DNA from: an uncultured bacterium
Lineage (GTDB): Bacteria > Zhuqueibacterota > QNDG01 > DTFT01
NCBI GenBank assembly: GCA_963736115.1
Contig: CAVTNR010000027.1
Span: 128,098-192,097, forward strand
Length of the DNA: 64,000 bases
Direction: 5' to 3'
Below the pieces are notes generated by a model. It was not told the DNA's origin and did not search any database. It saw only the letters and a list, made by a program, of their open reading frames with translations. The translations under genes were made by a program, and so were the position numbers. Below are positions 62,203 through 64,000 of the stretch, piece by piece. The stretch's first letter is position 1, and the number at the start of each line of letters is the position of its first letter.

Positions 62203-63429
62203 ATGATGCTGCTGATACTGTCGGTTTTCATCGTTCTGGGTATTTCCGCCTTCTGTTCTCTCAGCGAAGCCGCTTTTTACGCGGTGCGTGTGCCCTATAT
62301 ACGCGGCTTAGAGCAATCCGGGAGTACTGCCGGGCGAGCGTCGGCCAAGTTCAAACAGAACATGGAGCAGCCGATCACCGCCATCTTGATTTGAACACGT
62401 GCTAGCCAATACGACGGGAGCTGCGATCGCAGGTGCCCAGGCAGCAGCGTTTTTCCAGGGCACTTCGTTGGTGCTGTTCTCGATCGGCTTTACCCTGTCG
62501 GTGCTGATTTTTTCGGAAATCATCCCGAAGGTCCTGGGGGTTGCCTACAACCAACCGCTCGCCCGTGCGGCTCGCACTGCCGTGGCACTTTGTGGTCACT
62601 GGGATGACGCCCGTGATCTGGTGCGTCGAACGCATCACGCGAATTCTCAAGCCCAACGAACCCTTCATGGCGGCGCCCGAGGAGGAAGTCGAACAAATGG
62701 CTCGGATGACGCCGAGGAAGGCAGCATTTGGAATTACGAGGCGGATCTGGTTCGCAATGTGCTCCAACTGGACGACATTCGGGCACGTCAGATCATGACG
62801 CCGCGGCCCGTTGTGCTTAAGCTGCCGACGAAATGACACTCAAAGAGGCCTTCGATCGCATCAAGGATTGGGTCTACTCCCGCATCCCCGTTTATTCCAG
62901 CGAAGATCCGGAGACGTGGGTGGGTTTCGTCATGAGCCGCGACATTCTGGCCGGCGTGGCACATGATCAATTCGACATGACACTCGCCGAAATCACCAAG
63001 CCGCTCTATTTTGTTTCCGAGAATCTGCCGGGCCATGTGCTGCTCAAGTCATTCCGCGCGCGCACGCACCTGTTCGGCGTGATGGATGACTTTGGCGACT
63101 TGACCGGTATCATCACCTTGGAAGATGTGCTGGAAGCCTTGATTGGCGAAGAGATCGTCGACGAAGTTGACACCGTCGCGGATATGCAGGAGGTCGCGCG
63201 TCGGCGGAAACGCGAGCAGTTCGCCGAACAAGAAGTGCCGCAGATCGGCACATCAAAGCCAAAGTCAAACGCATGGGTACGCCCGAAAACCGCCCGTCGT
63301 TGCCGAAGGCAAACCGTCCGGAGGATGGCCCGCCTCATTGAACTTTTGAAGTTGCGACAATTCATTCCCCGAGTTTTATGTAGCCCGACGCGTCAGCAAG
63401 GGACATACCCAGCCAGAAACCGTGGCTGA
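62203..63429 (+). CDS. CNNM/DUF21-CBS hemolysin-family protein (frameshifted; end uncertain)
   Basis: SAFCSLSEAA, FSEIIPK, IMTPR, YSRIPVY, GIITLEDVLEALIGEEIVDE. Confidence 0.8.
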
Positions 63430-63639
63430 CGCCAAAACGGCGAACTGGATGTGACGCTGCCCAACGCGGTCGTGAGTTTCGAGCGGCGTCTGGCGTTGGC
63501 AAATATCGAGTGTCTGCTTCTTCTTCGTGTACTTCGTGGTGATCTCTCTTGGTCATGGCGAACTAGCACGCAGCAGTCTTCGTGTACTTCGTGGTTGTTT
63601 TCTTTTGACCGCAGGACAGAGCAGGGAAACACGCAGGCG

Positions 63640-64000
63640 TTAGACCAGCGTGGCGCGAGACCGAAAGTTGACAATGGCCTCCGGCTTTAGGAGGCCGTGC
63701 CAGCCGGCTTGGCCAGCGCCCTGGTAGTCGGCCTGCAGATCGTTACCGACCAGGGAGTAGCTCGGTGTGGATCCAACTGCAGTGCGCGTTCGATGGCGCG
63801 GAAGAACTGAATCGACGGTTCGCGAAAACCAAGCTGTGCGGAGTGGAAAATCGCGTCGGCTTGATTGAGTTGGCCGCAGTGTCGCGGCAGACGGACATCA
63901 AGCGCTCGTCAAAGTTCGACGCGATGCCGACGAGGCGGCCCGGGCGTTGGAGCGACTCAGATCGGCAGCAGATCAGGATCGAGCCGCCAACTGGTCGGCA
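63640..64000 (-). CDS. HAD-family hydrolase, 3' fragment
   Basis: Minus strand reads VGIASNFDER, SAQLG, VGNDLQADYQGA.QAGW. Confidence 0.6.

Overview
The window looks like a concatenation of at least three unrelated sequences. (1) 1-~46400 is a mostly clean segment from an FCB-group bacterium outside Bacteroidota (KSB1/Calditrichota-like; inferred from PorV/PorQ and T9SS-type C-terminal domains together with canonical sigma70 promoters and SD sites). It opens with two tandem copies of a three-gene minus-strand cassette: TonB-dependent receptor, then a ~1130-1160-aa secreted acidic protein with a T9SS-like C-terminal sorting domain, then a PorV/PorQ-like barrel. Next come pdxST, hydrolases, a five-gene operon containing a catalytically degenerate M16 peptidase, fucI/SSS, GH5/GH28, an M48 protease and others. 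Intergenic DNA carries heptamer-array hairpins and three copies of a 160-220-bp palindromic mini-element. (2) ~46400-~60880 is frameshift-rich, high-GC alphaproteobacterial (Rhizobiales-like) DNA with minCDE and a CtrA box, glycosyltransferases, a REP-flanked DUF559 nuclease gene, gyrA and a GGDEF gene. (3) ~60880-64000 is frameshift-rich planctomycete-like DNA (SdrD-B repeat surface protein, CNNM/CBS protein, HAD fragment). The best candidate for an undescribed system is the SusD-less TBDR + T9SS-cargo + dedicated PorV module, whose two PorV genes are nearly identical while the receptors and cargoes have diverged. No rRNA, tRNA or CRISPR array was seen.
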